A stretch of DNA of 47,732 nucleotides, taken from NCBI GenBank assembly GCA_032718475.1, contig JAUCBJ010009059.1, positions 1 to 47,732 of the forward strand, in the 5' to 3' direction. Positions within the stretch are counted from its first letter, which is position 1, and every line of letters begins with the position of its first letter. This document shows, one piece after another, positions 37,555 through 47,732 of this stretch. Below the pieces are notes generated by a model, which had not been told where the DNA came from, ran no database searches, and saw nothing but the letters and a program-made list of their open reading frames with translations. Both the position numbers and the translations under genes were made by a program. The stretch is from Nemertoderma westbladi. Lineage: Eukaryota; Animalia; Xenacoelomorpha.

Positions 37555-39150
37555 ATTATAATAATGGAGGGAGGGAGAGGATAGGATTGAGGTACCATGT
37601 TGGCCTCCCGGTAGCAGCGGTTCTCGGGGAGGTTGAATGACTCCTTTATGCAGGAGGCATTCCCGGCTTGGATTGCAATCCCAAGATGTTGACGCAGGAA
37701 TTTCATCAACCTTGTGGCCGCTGACCTTCTCCAAGAGGTGGCCTAACTGCCAAAGGAATGACAAGACAAGGACAAGGCTATGCCACCAAGCATCTCAACA
37801 GCGACAGGCTGGACTAAGTAGTCTTTGGCAAAGTTCGAATACTTAGCAAGCTTCCGCCCTTCTGCCAATTCAGTGACTGATTAGCCATCTAAGCATACAG
37901 CATTTGAGTATGAGGCGGCGATGGGTGCAGGTAAAATCCCACACGAGGGCTTTGCCATTTGACCAGGGGAGCCGAGTGGCTCCATCAGGGCACGTTAGGT
38001 CGTTGTTGTTGCTGAACCCGTCTGGTTCAAGGGTAGCGGGTACCTCAGTTGATTGGAGAGCACGATAGATGGTATCATTGCATAGGTGGTGTCATGTGTG
38101 TCTGCTCTTGACAAACTTGCAGACTAAGGCATTGCTGGCTGAAGCATCAATGATGGCGCCACACACACACAAGAATGGGAAGAGCAAACAGTTGCACCAA
38201 GATGGAGAGCAACAGCCATATCGAACTGTCCATCGGCAATGCGGAGGCCAATGGTAGCAGAAGGGATGGCAGTCAACCAATCACCAGAACGAATTGCTTG
38301 GCAGCCCTTAAGGTGGGATACAGAGCAATTATCACGAAATGAAATTAGTAATGCCAGTTGGGATTTGGATACTGGGTCCTGCCAAGATTGGTTGCTTGGT
38401 GTCTCATGAATATTTCATCAAAGTTTCCAGTGATAGCAGAGGTTAGTTCATGGTTGCGAAAATACGGAGGCAAGGTAAGCATCTGGGGATGTCAGCCTAT
38501 CAGATGGTAGGCCGAGGACCCCGAATGTCGTTACCATAGGTTAAGACGGTTGTATCCTCATTACAAAGGCTAAAGCAAGGTAATAGTTTTGGAGCATGCT
38601 CGCTCAAACACTTGGCAACATGATCACGACGCATCGTATTGAAGGCATTTGTGAAGTCCAGTTTAATGAAAACATATTCTGGCTGGGCAGATGAAATGAA
38701 GTTCCAGAGGGAATGCACTGCAGCTTCACCACCTCCTGGGACACTAAACCCTAGTTGGAGTAGGGCAAATATGGTGGCAAATATCTTAGAATCTGAACCA
38801 GAAACACACTTAGCAGTTAAACGGTGCCAGGTCTCTCCGACTGCTATGGGCCTGATCCCCCTGCCATTCTTGTTGAAGGCATGCATAGCAGCACCAGCAA
38901 TGACTGTATGAATGTGGATGGGGACATCACCAGATAGCAACTTATTGACTAGGGATGTGGTAAATGACAATAGCAAGGGGCCTGAATCACCAGACCATTT
39001 GGAAGTAGCATCCTGGAGGTGCAATCCAGATAGACCAGTGGCTGACCCAGGTATAAAACTATCGGTATAGGATTTAATAGTAGCAGTTGACACTAGGAGT
39101 GGTGCAGAATCCGGGCATGTTGGGATCGGTCGTCTATCTTGAGGACCATT
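37555..39150 (-). mobile_element. CRE-clade-like non-LTR retrotransposon fragment (partial RT, zinc finger, restriction-like endonuclease), degenerate
   Basis: GIRPIAVGETWHRLTAKC, LQLGFSVPGGGEAAVH, IKLDFTNAFNTMRR; then CVCGA, LEPDG...PDGATRLPWSNGKALVWDFTC and LRQHLGIAIQAGNASCI. The RT catalytic region appears deleted. Confidence 0.85.
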
Positions 39151-39236
39151 TTTATTTTCCTAAAATGTTTTGCACATAAATAATGTGATATAAAAAACAA
39201 ATCTAATGTAAACGCCATTTTATTACAATTTTTCAG

Positions 39237-39513
39237 AGTTCTTGGAATTGTTATGGGGGTATTCGTGTTGTCATGGTTACCATTCTTCTTCTTCTATATA
39301 TCCGAGCCATGGTGCTCGGCTTGTCGAAGCAACCCGGTTGCCACAGAGATTACGTGGCAAATCGTTACTTGGCTCGGTTACGCAAATTCCGCTTGTAATC
39401 CAGTGATATACACCATCTTTAATAAGGACTTTAAGACAGCATTTCGGAAATTGCTGGGATACAGGTTAGCAGCGGGAGTTATAAATTATAAATTAATATA
39501 CAAGGGGTTGTGA
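39237..39513 (+). CDS. 3' coding exon (TM6-TM7-helix 8) of a biogenic-amine class A GPCR (dopamine/octopamine/tyramine/adrenergic/5-HT-like)
   Basis: Acceptor TTTTATTACAATTTTTCAG ends at 39236 (phase 2). Translation VLGIVMGVFVLSWLPFF...CSAC...TWLGYANSACNPVIYTIFNKDFKTAFRKLL. AATAAA at 39583. The 3' end is uncertain: a possible donor CAG|GTTAGC lies at 39465. Confidence 0.9.
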
Positions 39514-39889
39514 CAAGGGGTTGTAACCATATCAACTATATTACTAGGCTTTATTTTGCTTTAGCCTTGCTGGGGGAATATTAATAAAAACGCTATTATT
39601 ATTATAGCTATTATTTTCAATACTGGTTACTTTCTCCCACTTTCCCCTACAAATGTTTTATCGTAGTACGTTAATACGTAGGACATTGAAGAACCTTTTA
39701 AGCATTTTATACCACAAAGCCAAGCAGCATACCATAAGGGTCGCTCAACAAGGGTGTTTGCTCAAAGAATATTAACGGATGTCATCATGCCCTCGAAGAA
39801 CACATAACTCACTCTATGTTCTCGGGACTGACTTAAGCTCAGCATTCGACACGATAGATCGCTCACGTCTGTTAAACCTTTTAGGATAA

Positions 39890-40870
39890 ATAACAGGTCA
39901 TGGTTCCGATCAACACAGAATTGCATACATGCTACTATCAAACACAACACTCCAACTAAAACTGAAAGTTAAAACAGATACGTTTAGCAGCAATGTAGGA
40001 ACTCCACAAGATGGATTCTCACCAAACTCATTCACAACCTACTTTGAGGATGTGCTAATGCTCATGCGAGAAGAACTACCAATAGCCCCTGCTAAAGATG
40101 TTGCATTAGGCATACCAGGGGAATCCAAATACGCAGATTATCTGGATTTTATATCAACCAGTGAGCAACATCTTGAAAATATACTTCAGGTATGCTGCAA
40201 CATATTCCCCCAATACGATTTATTAATAAATCCGACAAAAACGGAAAAGACAAGAATATACCTTGAATGTGACACCACATTCAGGGGCGATGAACCCTGG
40301 CGAAAATCAACATGCCTTCGATTGCTCCTTGACGTTCGAGAGGACATCACATCATGTATGAAGATCGCAGCAGGGGTGTTTGCAAGCAACACGCTTTATC
40401 TAAGTAGCAAAAAGATGCCCCCATCAACCAGAATCAAACTTTGGGATGTGTTTGTCCGGCCCATCCTGCTGTACAATAGTGGGACATGGGGGCCAACTAA
40501 ACTCCTTTTCGACAAACTTGATGCATTCCATCATCGCCATCTACGATCTACGTCGCATGATCGGGATATGTTGGCCTCGTAAAAGTCAGTAATGTGGACC
40601 TAATTAAAATCACCAAAACCTCCACGATATTGGGGGATATTAAAACGTTCTAGAATAACCCTTCTATGGCATATTCTCAGGCAGAATACCAATACTCCCA
40701 CACAGAAAGCGATGAATGCTATTGTCTCCCCAGCACTATAACAAAGGAAGGGTATGGGAAGGCTCGGCTGTCTGTTCATGGCAAACAAAAAGGATGTCAA
40801 TGAGCTATTAAATATAAAACTGGTAAACACTAACGACCTAGACAAACTAAGAAACTTAGCATATGCGGAA
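39890..40870 (+). mobile_element. RTE-like LINE reverse transcriptase fragment, degenerate
   Basis: NVGTPQ-DGFSP, KYADYLDF (decayed YADD), LLINPTKTE, VRPILLYNSGTWG, LDAFHHRHLR, ICWPRKVSN. Confidence 0.85.
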
Positions 40871-41810
40871 ACCTTTCAATGGACATTTATATTATTACAA
40901 ATTCACGATTGAAATAATTTCAAAATTGTGCCAACTTGTATTTTTCGTGCAGTGCTGCACGGAAAAATGGGTGCCTAGTCAAAGTTTGGTGGAGTTGAAA
41001 ATGTCATAAATGAATTCAGCGTTCCCGAATACCTGTAATTGGATTTATAAAAAGCCTCTAATGCACTTTTTCAATATTTTTTTTTAATATAAATTTTACT
41101 TGCACTTTTGGTTGAGCCAAAAATGGCGCAACAAAAGGTGCGATGAATTTTTAACTCAGCGTATGCGAAAATACCGGATTTGATTTTGAGGGTTAATCAA
41201 TAATGGTAATAAATATAGTTAAGTGTCCAACTTATGCAGCACTGATTCCACTACCCTATATATGTTACAGCACAATTTGAAGGAAATTTTGATGGCAATC
41301 GATTGCCATCTAACTAAACTGTGATTAGCTTAGATTATCTTACCTTTTAGTCGTTGCCTACAACTTACTGTCAATCATTTACCCTAAGTTTCTGTGTTAA
41401 GAGTGATAACCTATTTTACTGGTTGATACGAATATTTATCGGAGCATCTGACAGTCTGAACTGGTGATACCGGTAGCGGTACCGGTACAATCAGGTGCAA
41501 CTACATGGGCAAATTATAGAAGGCAATGCTGTTGGGTGGTAATTAGACCAAGTGATGTTTCAGAAAAATGCCAAGGAAATGTCGTTAAATTGCAAACTAA
41601 GTTTATCCAATTGACAGCACGATCTGTGTATGTTTCTGGTTTCTTAGATACTGACTGTTTCCCAACGAGAAAAACTCCAATTGACTCTGTAAGATGCACT
41701 ACAAAAAAAATATAATGTATCAGATATTTATTTTATCTTTGGGCCATTTGTACACTTTTGTCTCTAGTACATTGAGCGAATTATTATATTTTTAGACCAA
41801 GCAGCAGCTT

Positions 41811-41883
41811 GATGTAGTCGTGTAAGTGGTGGCATTCCTGGGTTTCCAATCAGGAAGACCTGGTTCTATCCCCAGATGTGGCA
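41811..41883 (+). pseudogene. tRNA-derived relic (tRNA-Glu/Gly-like pseudogene or SINE head)
   Basis: A-box-like TAGTCGTGTAAGTGG, anticodon arm CCTGG-GTTTCCAA-TCAGG, B-box-like GGTTCTATCCC; the acceptor stem does not pair. Confidence 0.5.
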
Positions 41884-42629
41884 GAACACTATTTGGGCAC
41901 AGTGCTTTAATTGCTGCAACATTCAAAAGATGAAAATCAAAGCCAATAACAGTTTTATGGTGAAATATTCTTAAATAGGCATTTATGGAAGTGTACTGTA
42001 CAGTACATAGCATGAGGATATAATTTCACCAGAACATTTTATAGTAATATTTTTATAATTAAGACTTTCTAAATTATTTAATTAATTAGTATAATGTTTA
42101 TTATTATAGTACCCTCTTATATATTGTTGTATACTTGTGTTCTCAGTTATTTGCAGATTCCATGCAATTATATTGTTTACGTAGAATGTTATTTATTATA
42201 ATCAATCCATTATTTAATAATACTCCTACACCTTTGTATTGCCTAACATTGTATAGTATGATTTACATTACTCACTAAATTAATAGTTATATAAAAGACA
42301 GAGTCGACCAGTATAATTCCATTTAAAGCTTCCAATTAATATTCTACTTTTTACAACAAACTTCTTAGTAAAATTTGCTTCTTAAATAGAGTAGCACCTA
42401 TATTTAATAGTTTTTAAGATAAACAACAATATGACGTATGTATACATACATATGTTACAAATTATGATGTCATCTAATTATCACTAATAATTTCAATTTC
42501 CTTTACATTACTTAAACTAAATAATATTATTGATATTTCTGTGAATTATCATCCCGGAATTGTTCAATTCATACATCTATTTGGTTTCTGGCACGAAATG
42601 ATTATAAATAATTCCATAGAAAGTGTGAA

Positions 42630-44081
42630 TTATGGTTGGTAACCTGGGTTGCTGAAACCATCAGGGATTGATGGTGGAAGTACATTGATTATTGGACGTT
42701 CCTGGTCATTATTAAATTGAATCATCGTTGGGGCTGTTGAGATGACAGGTGTTCGCCTTTTTTTAGTTTTCGAAATCTTTCCAGAAGCAACCACTATAAT
42801 CAGTACTACAAATGCAGTAATAACTACAAGTGTTATGCCAATAATTATAGCGGATGTTACAGCAGACTTTTGAATATGATGAATTGGGGAAAGTAGGCTA
42901 TTTCTTGAATTTTTTGATGTTTTTATAAGTGGCATCAAAGGATTTGGGCATTCCACAGGTTCACCAAAAACCCATTCACGTTGTTTACTTCCGATGTCCT
43001 CCAAGATATTGTTCCAAAGACCAACAGCAGCTGCTTGATGACCTTTTTCGCTAAAATGGAAGCAGTCTGGAGCGAAGTATGACTCATCAGGATAGCCGTC
43101 TTCTGTTGAAGGAATCACTGTTTTTTCCATGAAAGGTTGTAAAACGACTGTAAAGTCATCTCTTGTTTCGTACCGCCCAGAGTTTATCAATGTATTAAGG
43201 CCTTTTTGATACTCATTATTTAGTTCTTCCAGTTGAATCTTAGCAGCTTCTGAGGCGGTAGTTGGACATTCACAGAAAATACCATGTACAGCGCTGCACA
43301 CCAAACCATTGGTTAGTCTTCCAAGTTCCAGAATATCAAGAATGTTAACCACGTTGACAAAAGCTTTTGGGAGGTTGTCATGCAAGATATCGAGGGCCCC
43401 TTGGATGTGTTGTATATAATTGTCTGCAGAATAATACTTCCAATCATTGCAAGCCTCACAAAGATCATTCCCACCTATGAATAATGTGATCATTTTCCAA
43501 TCATTTTCATAATCCATTTTACTGGAATTTTTCATAAGATTAATCAATGAGGTTGCTTGGGATGGCATATGGATCGCTTCCTTGCCTGGTTCTCCAACAT
43601 TTAGTCCGGAAACTGATGATGTTACACTACCTACACCTGTCGAATATCCATAAACATTTGGGTTGTAATATTTGATAATATTTGCTAAAGTAATCCTTTG
43701 CAATACATTATCACGACCACCGATGGAAAATACCAGATCGCGGTACTCCCACAGACTTCCAATTATTGTTGAAGCACCAGCACCATTTCCAGCCGAAATA
43801 GAGTCGCCCATAGCACCAATGACGTCAATGTCGGCTGGGGTTAACATGTGAACCGAGGTTGGTCGATTTTCTGGTCGTTGTATGGGGGGACAACTAAAAG
43901 AGGAATAAAACTCCCTTTCAATTGGATATGTCTTGTTAAGTTCATCGTCTAGAATTTCTGTGAGTTCATCCCATTTTCTGTGCCATTCTTCATTTGACAG
44001 GGCTGTATCTACTCCTTTCAGTTTTATGATTACTGTGCATACAAGCAAATAAATATAACAACCTTTACATTTCATTTTCAT
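42630..44081 (-). CDS. PLB1: Phospholipase B1-like membrane-anchored GDSL/SGNH lipase with a single catalytic repeat, 483 aa, intronless CDS
   Basis: N-terminal hydrophobic signal; VHMLTPADIDVIGAMGDSISAG (catalytic Ser), DWKMITLFIGGNDLC, DDFTVVLQPF, YFAPDCFHFSEKGH (Asp/His), LWNNILE; C-terminal TM segment followed by KKRR. Confidence 0.95.
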   Translation of the reverse strand: MKMKCKGCYIYLLVCTVIIKLKGVDTALSNEEWHRKWDELTEILDDELNKTYPIEREFYSSFSCPPIQRPENRPTSVHMLTPADIDVIGAMGDSISAGNGAGASTIIGSLWEYRDLVFSIGGRDNVLQRITLANIIKYYNPNVYGYSTGVGSVTSSVSGLNVGEPGKEAIHMPSQATSLINLMKNSSKMDYENDWKMITLFIGGNDLCEACNDWKYYSADNYIQHIQGALDILHDNLPKAFVNVVNILDILELGRLTNGLVCSAVHGIFCECPTTASEAAKIQLEELNNEYQKGLNTLINSGRYETRDDFTVVLQPFMEKTVIPSTEDGYPDESYFAPDCFHFSEKGHQAAAVGLWNNILEDIGSKQREWVFGEPVECPNPLMPLIKTSKNSRNSLLSPIHHIQKSAVTSAIIIGITLVVITAFVVLIIVVASGKISKTKKRRTPVISTAPTMIQFNNDQERPIINVLPPSIPDGFSNPGYQP

Positions 44082-44939
44082 GTAGAATTAAGTTTAATAC
44101 ACTAATGTAGCTTATTCTAAATTCTAAAATATTCTAAAATAATTTGAAATTAGAGGCAGGAGATATTGATATATATTGAACCTTATGATTTATAATGATT
44201 ATTTCCTTGATGAGAATGTAATGTATATGTACGTCATATATATTATAGATTATAAATTGGGTAAGTCTATTGGACGTTTCGACATAATGGATTACAATGG
44301 ATAATGGATTACATACAGTAGCTAGTCCCGTCACTGCAAACTGGATAATAAAGCAGCAATCATTAACATAAATGGAAATAATATATTCTGGAATAGGGTA
44401 TTTAAGTTGTTTCCATGTTATTGATTACTTTGCAGCGTTCCGTCTTATAGGCCGCAACGCTGCAAAGTAGTACTTTGCAGTGTTACGAGTAAATCAATTC
44501 ACCGGAACGCTGTTAAGTTGACATAATGTTACAAAAGTCTTTTTTAAAAATTTAAATTACACCCATTAATAATAAAAAAAACACTGGAGATATGCAACAG
44601 TGATGTAGATATGGAATACTGTTGTGTTGGAATTTGCATGTAGGGTAGATTTCTGAATTATTGGCAAATATATATTCAATTAAATTTAATTGGAAATCGG
44701 CTATAGTATAATTATAATGGCTCTCATTTCTGACTAGCCACTTAAACTGAAAGTAATTGTTTTGAGTTTTAGGGGAAAAAAGGTTAATATAATAATTGAT
44801 TATGTAATAATTATTTAATTTAGCAATAATTATTGATTATATATATATGTAATAATTATTTAATTGAGCAATTTATTAGAAATCACAACATAAACATTAT
44901 ATTGTTGTCAACTTTTTCTTTTAAATACCAATTCTTGTG

Positions 44940-45040
44940 GCATGTGATATGAGAGATAACACCAGGTGACCTTGTTGATAACCTATGTGCTGTGCGAGAG
45001 ATAACATCATATGACCTTGTTGTTAACCTATGTGCTGTGC
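44940..45040. repeat. Two-copy tandem duplication (~45 bp, GAGAGATAACA...TGACCTTGTTG.TAACCTATGTGCTGTGC)
   Basis: Read directly. Confidence 0.75.
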
Positions 45041-46344
45041 AACCGTTTTGTATGTTGGTGATTGTCATTTGTTTGTATTGCAGTTGTGTTGGTATGTTGA
45101 TAGATTAGATAAAGTTTAAAGGGTTAAATGTTTGATTTGTGTCGTTGCGTTTTTTGATTATTAGCAATAAGCAAAGTGTTAAACAAACAAGGTGTAAACG
45201 GGCTGATTGTATTCAGACAAGTTGTTTCCCATTCTCGTTTATTAACACACACATGATCATATTGTATCGCGATTTTTGGACATTTATTGTTTTTATTGGA
45301 TTCCATTAAATATAATATTTCCATGGTATGTATTCGTTTTGTTATTCAATTAATTATAGGTGACGTATAAATTCCTTCCCGAATCACTGCTGTATACTTG
45401 AATGGCTATTTTAGTTATTTTAATATTGTTTATTTTATATTCAATGCATTCCAAATTAATTAATAAGCAAATCAATTACTGAACTTTTAATAATATTATT
45501 TGTTCAACGAGGTCTCAAAATTTCACTGGTTTGATGAGTGGTGGCTTATGTGAGCTATGTGGATTCTGTGAGGTATGTGGATTCTGTGAGGTACTGTATG
45601 TTAGGTTGGTCTCAGTGTGTTCTAACGTCACCTTCGTACTTCATAATTCAAGGTGAAAGAAATTACTTTTTTACATTTTTTAACCTATATTGTAGTATCG
45701 GTATATTTTTTACATCAATTACTAAGCTAATAATTAATTAGTATTTTTATTAATATTAGTAGTATTATTATTAATTAATAGTAAAAGTATTTGTAACGGT
45801 GGAATTTATTGTATTCAAACAACGCCTAATAAACCACTGCTCTACGCGATATCCATCAAGTACGGTCTACGGATACAGTGGGCCTGTCTATATATGGATG
45901 GATTCAATGTTCATTTACATTTGTTATCCTTAACCCCTCCTTCGACTACTAGGCAACTGGTAACGGTCTAAACAGATCCTATAAATATGTATAACTCACT
46001 TAAAATAGTATGGAATTCTAGATTCCTAAGAGACCAATTGGAATGCAAATTTATGTATTTGGAATTTGAATGCAGGGATAAGAGAATATACATCGGAATG
46101 AAAGGGTTTAGAAAATAGGCCTATGGCCTGTACCAATGGCGATATTGGGGGACTTGACGAGATAACGTCTCGGCGGGGTAATAGCTTTCTCATTGTTAAA
46201 TTTTTAATTAAAAATGGGAGGGAGCAGGAAGCAGTTTACAATGGCACATTATTCTAAGCGAAACAATAAACGAAAATCAATAGCGCCTGTTTCAGTTTCA
46301 TTTTTACTCGTTATCAACTGATATTTGGATTGATTGCATAATTA

Positions 46345-47021
46345 TGTGGGCTGAGAGTAAAAACCGTCTATATCCAGTTTCAGCCATTCTGAGATATATG
46401 CCTGTTAAGTGAAGGCTACTTACTACAATTCCAAATCCGTCTATATATATAATAGACGATTTAAAAAATAATTATTAAACCGTCTATATCTATCCAGTTG
46501 TCTGCAAAGCATGCAGTCTGCCAATCTGTCAGGAACTGAAAGACATATATATTATACAAGACATGGAGATTTTTCCTTTACCGGTACAGTATTCACTCTT
46601 ACATAATTTAGATACCAGTAAACTGAATACTGTTTTAAGTATTCCATGTGGACATTATTTAGGCTGACTATTGATTAAACTAATGATTGGCACATCTGGT
46701 ACCGGTACCGATTGTAGTTGTAGTCTAAAATAAGAAACTGAAAGTTTATTTTCGTTTAGTATACCGGTACCTGGTAGGCTAAGGGATTCCAATTTTAAAA
46801 ACCGTCTATATCCATGATTGGATTTCGTATTTGTAGATGGTTTAAATTCAGTGCTATGTTCGAAAATATTTGCGTTTTGTTGGTGGCAAATATAATTCTA
46901 AAAAACCGATGTACTATTTTTGTCTGTCCAATAGATATGTGAAGCATTCAGCTATCCATTCATATCTTAAACTCATTTTTTTAGTATTTGGATATAGACG
47001 GTTTTTTACTCTCAACCCACG
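46345..47021. mobile_element. MITE with TA TSD (Tc1/mariner-type), 677 bp
   Basis: TIRs (T/C)GTGGG(C/T)TGAGAGTAAAAA(A)CCGTCTATATCCA; TA at 46343-46344 and 47022-47023. Confidence 0.85.
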
Positions 47022-47732
47022 TATCCACCTATATCAGACCGATTGAATTTAATCCAAATCCTCTAGGTTTGAGAGCTTCAATAATGTAAATATGATTTTC
47101 CTTTTCCCACATCGCAGATTAGAAATTACCAAATCCTACATAAGTACAGTGAATGAGCATTTACTAAATCTTATGAATCAGATTACTGTAATAAAGTTAG
47201 TCGTTTACTAAATTAATTGTTCAATCATGTAATTATATTTTGAAAAGATCTCAATTTCTCATACAGAAATGATAATTTCTGTTTAAGCTTTATTGTTATA
47301 GAAGATTCAAACCCTTTCTGGTCAAAGGATCGAATCAGTGAAAGGGTTGAAATTGTATAGTTTTCATTTTATAATTATACTCCTTTCCCTATGTAACTTT
47401 CCATTAATATAACAACATCGTGTATTGTTTGGTTAGAAAACGCTGTCTCTGTAAACTGATACTTTCCCTAAATTGGTATCAACATCGTTTAATGTTTTGG
47501 TTAGTGACTCATATTTCGACCCTTTGACTCTGTAGACTCTGAAATCCGCATCCTGAAATCGCATCAAGTGTTATTCAATGACACAGATGTCTCGATCTCG
47601 ACTATCGATCCATCACCTCCAGCAGCACACATATTCATTATTTTAACTTTCTTGATTTTCAAACTGTCAATCAAGCAACAACCCCCTCTACAACCCTTAT
47701 TACAAAGTCCTAAAATTGATTAAGTTATTTCA

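Noticed and set aside
40941-40967. Hairpin TTTTTCGTGCAG-TG-CTGCACGGAAAAA resembling a terminator
   Set aside because: Eukaryotic context; probably part of an unidentified repeat whose boundaries I could not define.
41811-41883. Functional tRNA gene
   Set aside because: Acceptor stem unpaired, oversized anticodon loop and mutated T-loop; kept only as a relic.

Overview
AT-rich, repeat-dominated eukaryotic DNA, probably from an invertebrate metazoan (inferred from the TE families and genes; the taxon cannot be fixed from this window). Only two host genes are visible: a spliced TM6-TM7 exon of a biogenic-amine class A GPCR (+, from 39237) and an intact, intronless single-domain phospholipase B1-like GDSL lipase (-, 42630-44081). 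The rest is mobile or repetitive DNA. It includes a BEL/Pao LTR region with an odd order (integrase, then gag/truncated protease, a stem-loop array, PPT and 3' LTR), a decayed Academ-like DNA transposon with TIRs and TSD, three MITEs, a structured SINE-like insertion with TSD, and Gypsy, RTE, CRE and other LINE fragments. There are also four main tandem arrays, including a 12.5-kb 30-bp satellite that contains a 100-N gap and merges into a Gypsy RT. The dozens of long ORFs at 18-30.5 kb are satellite artefacts. Family assignments come from motif recognition by eye; no database search was run.
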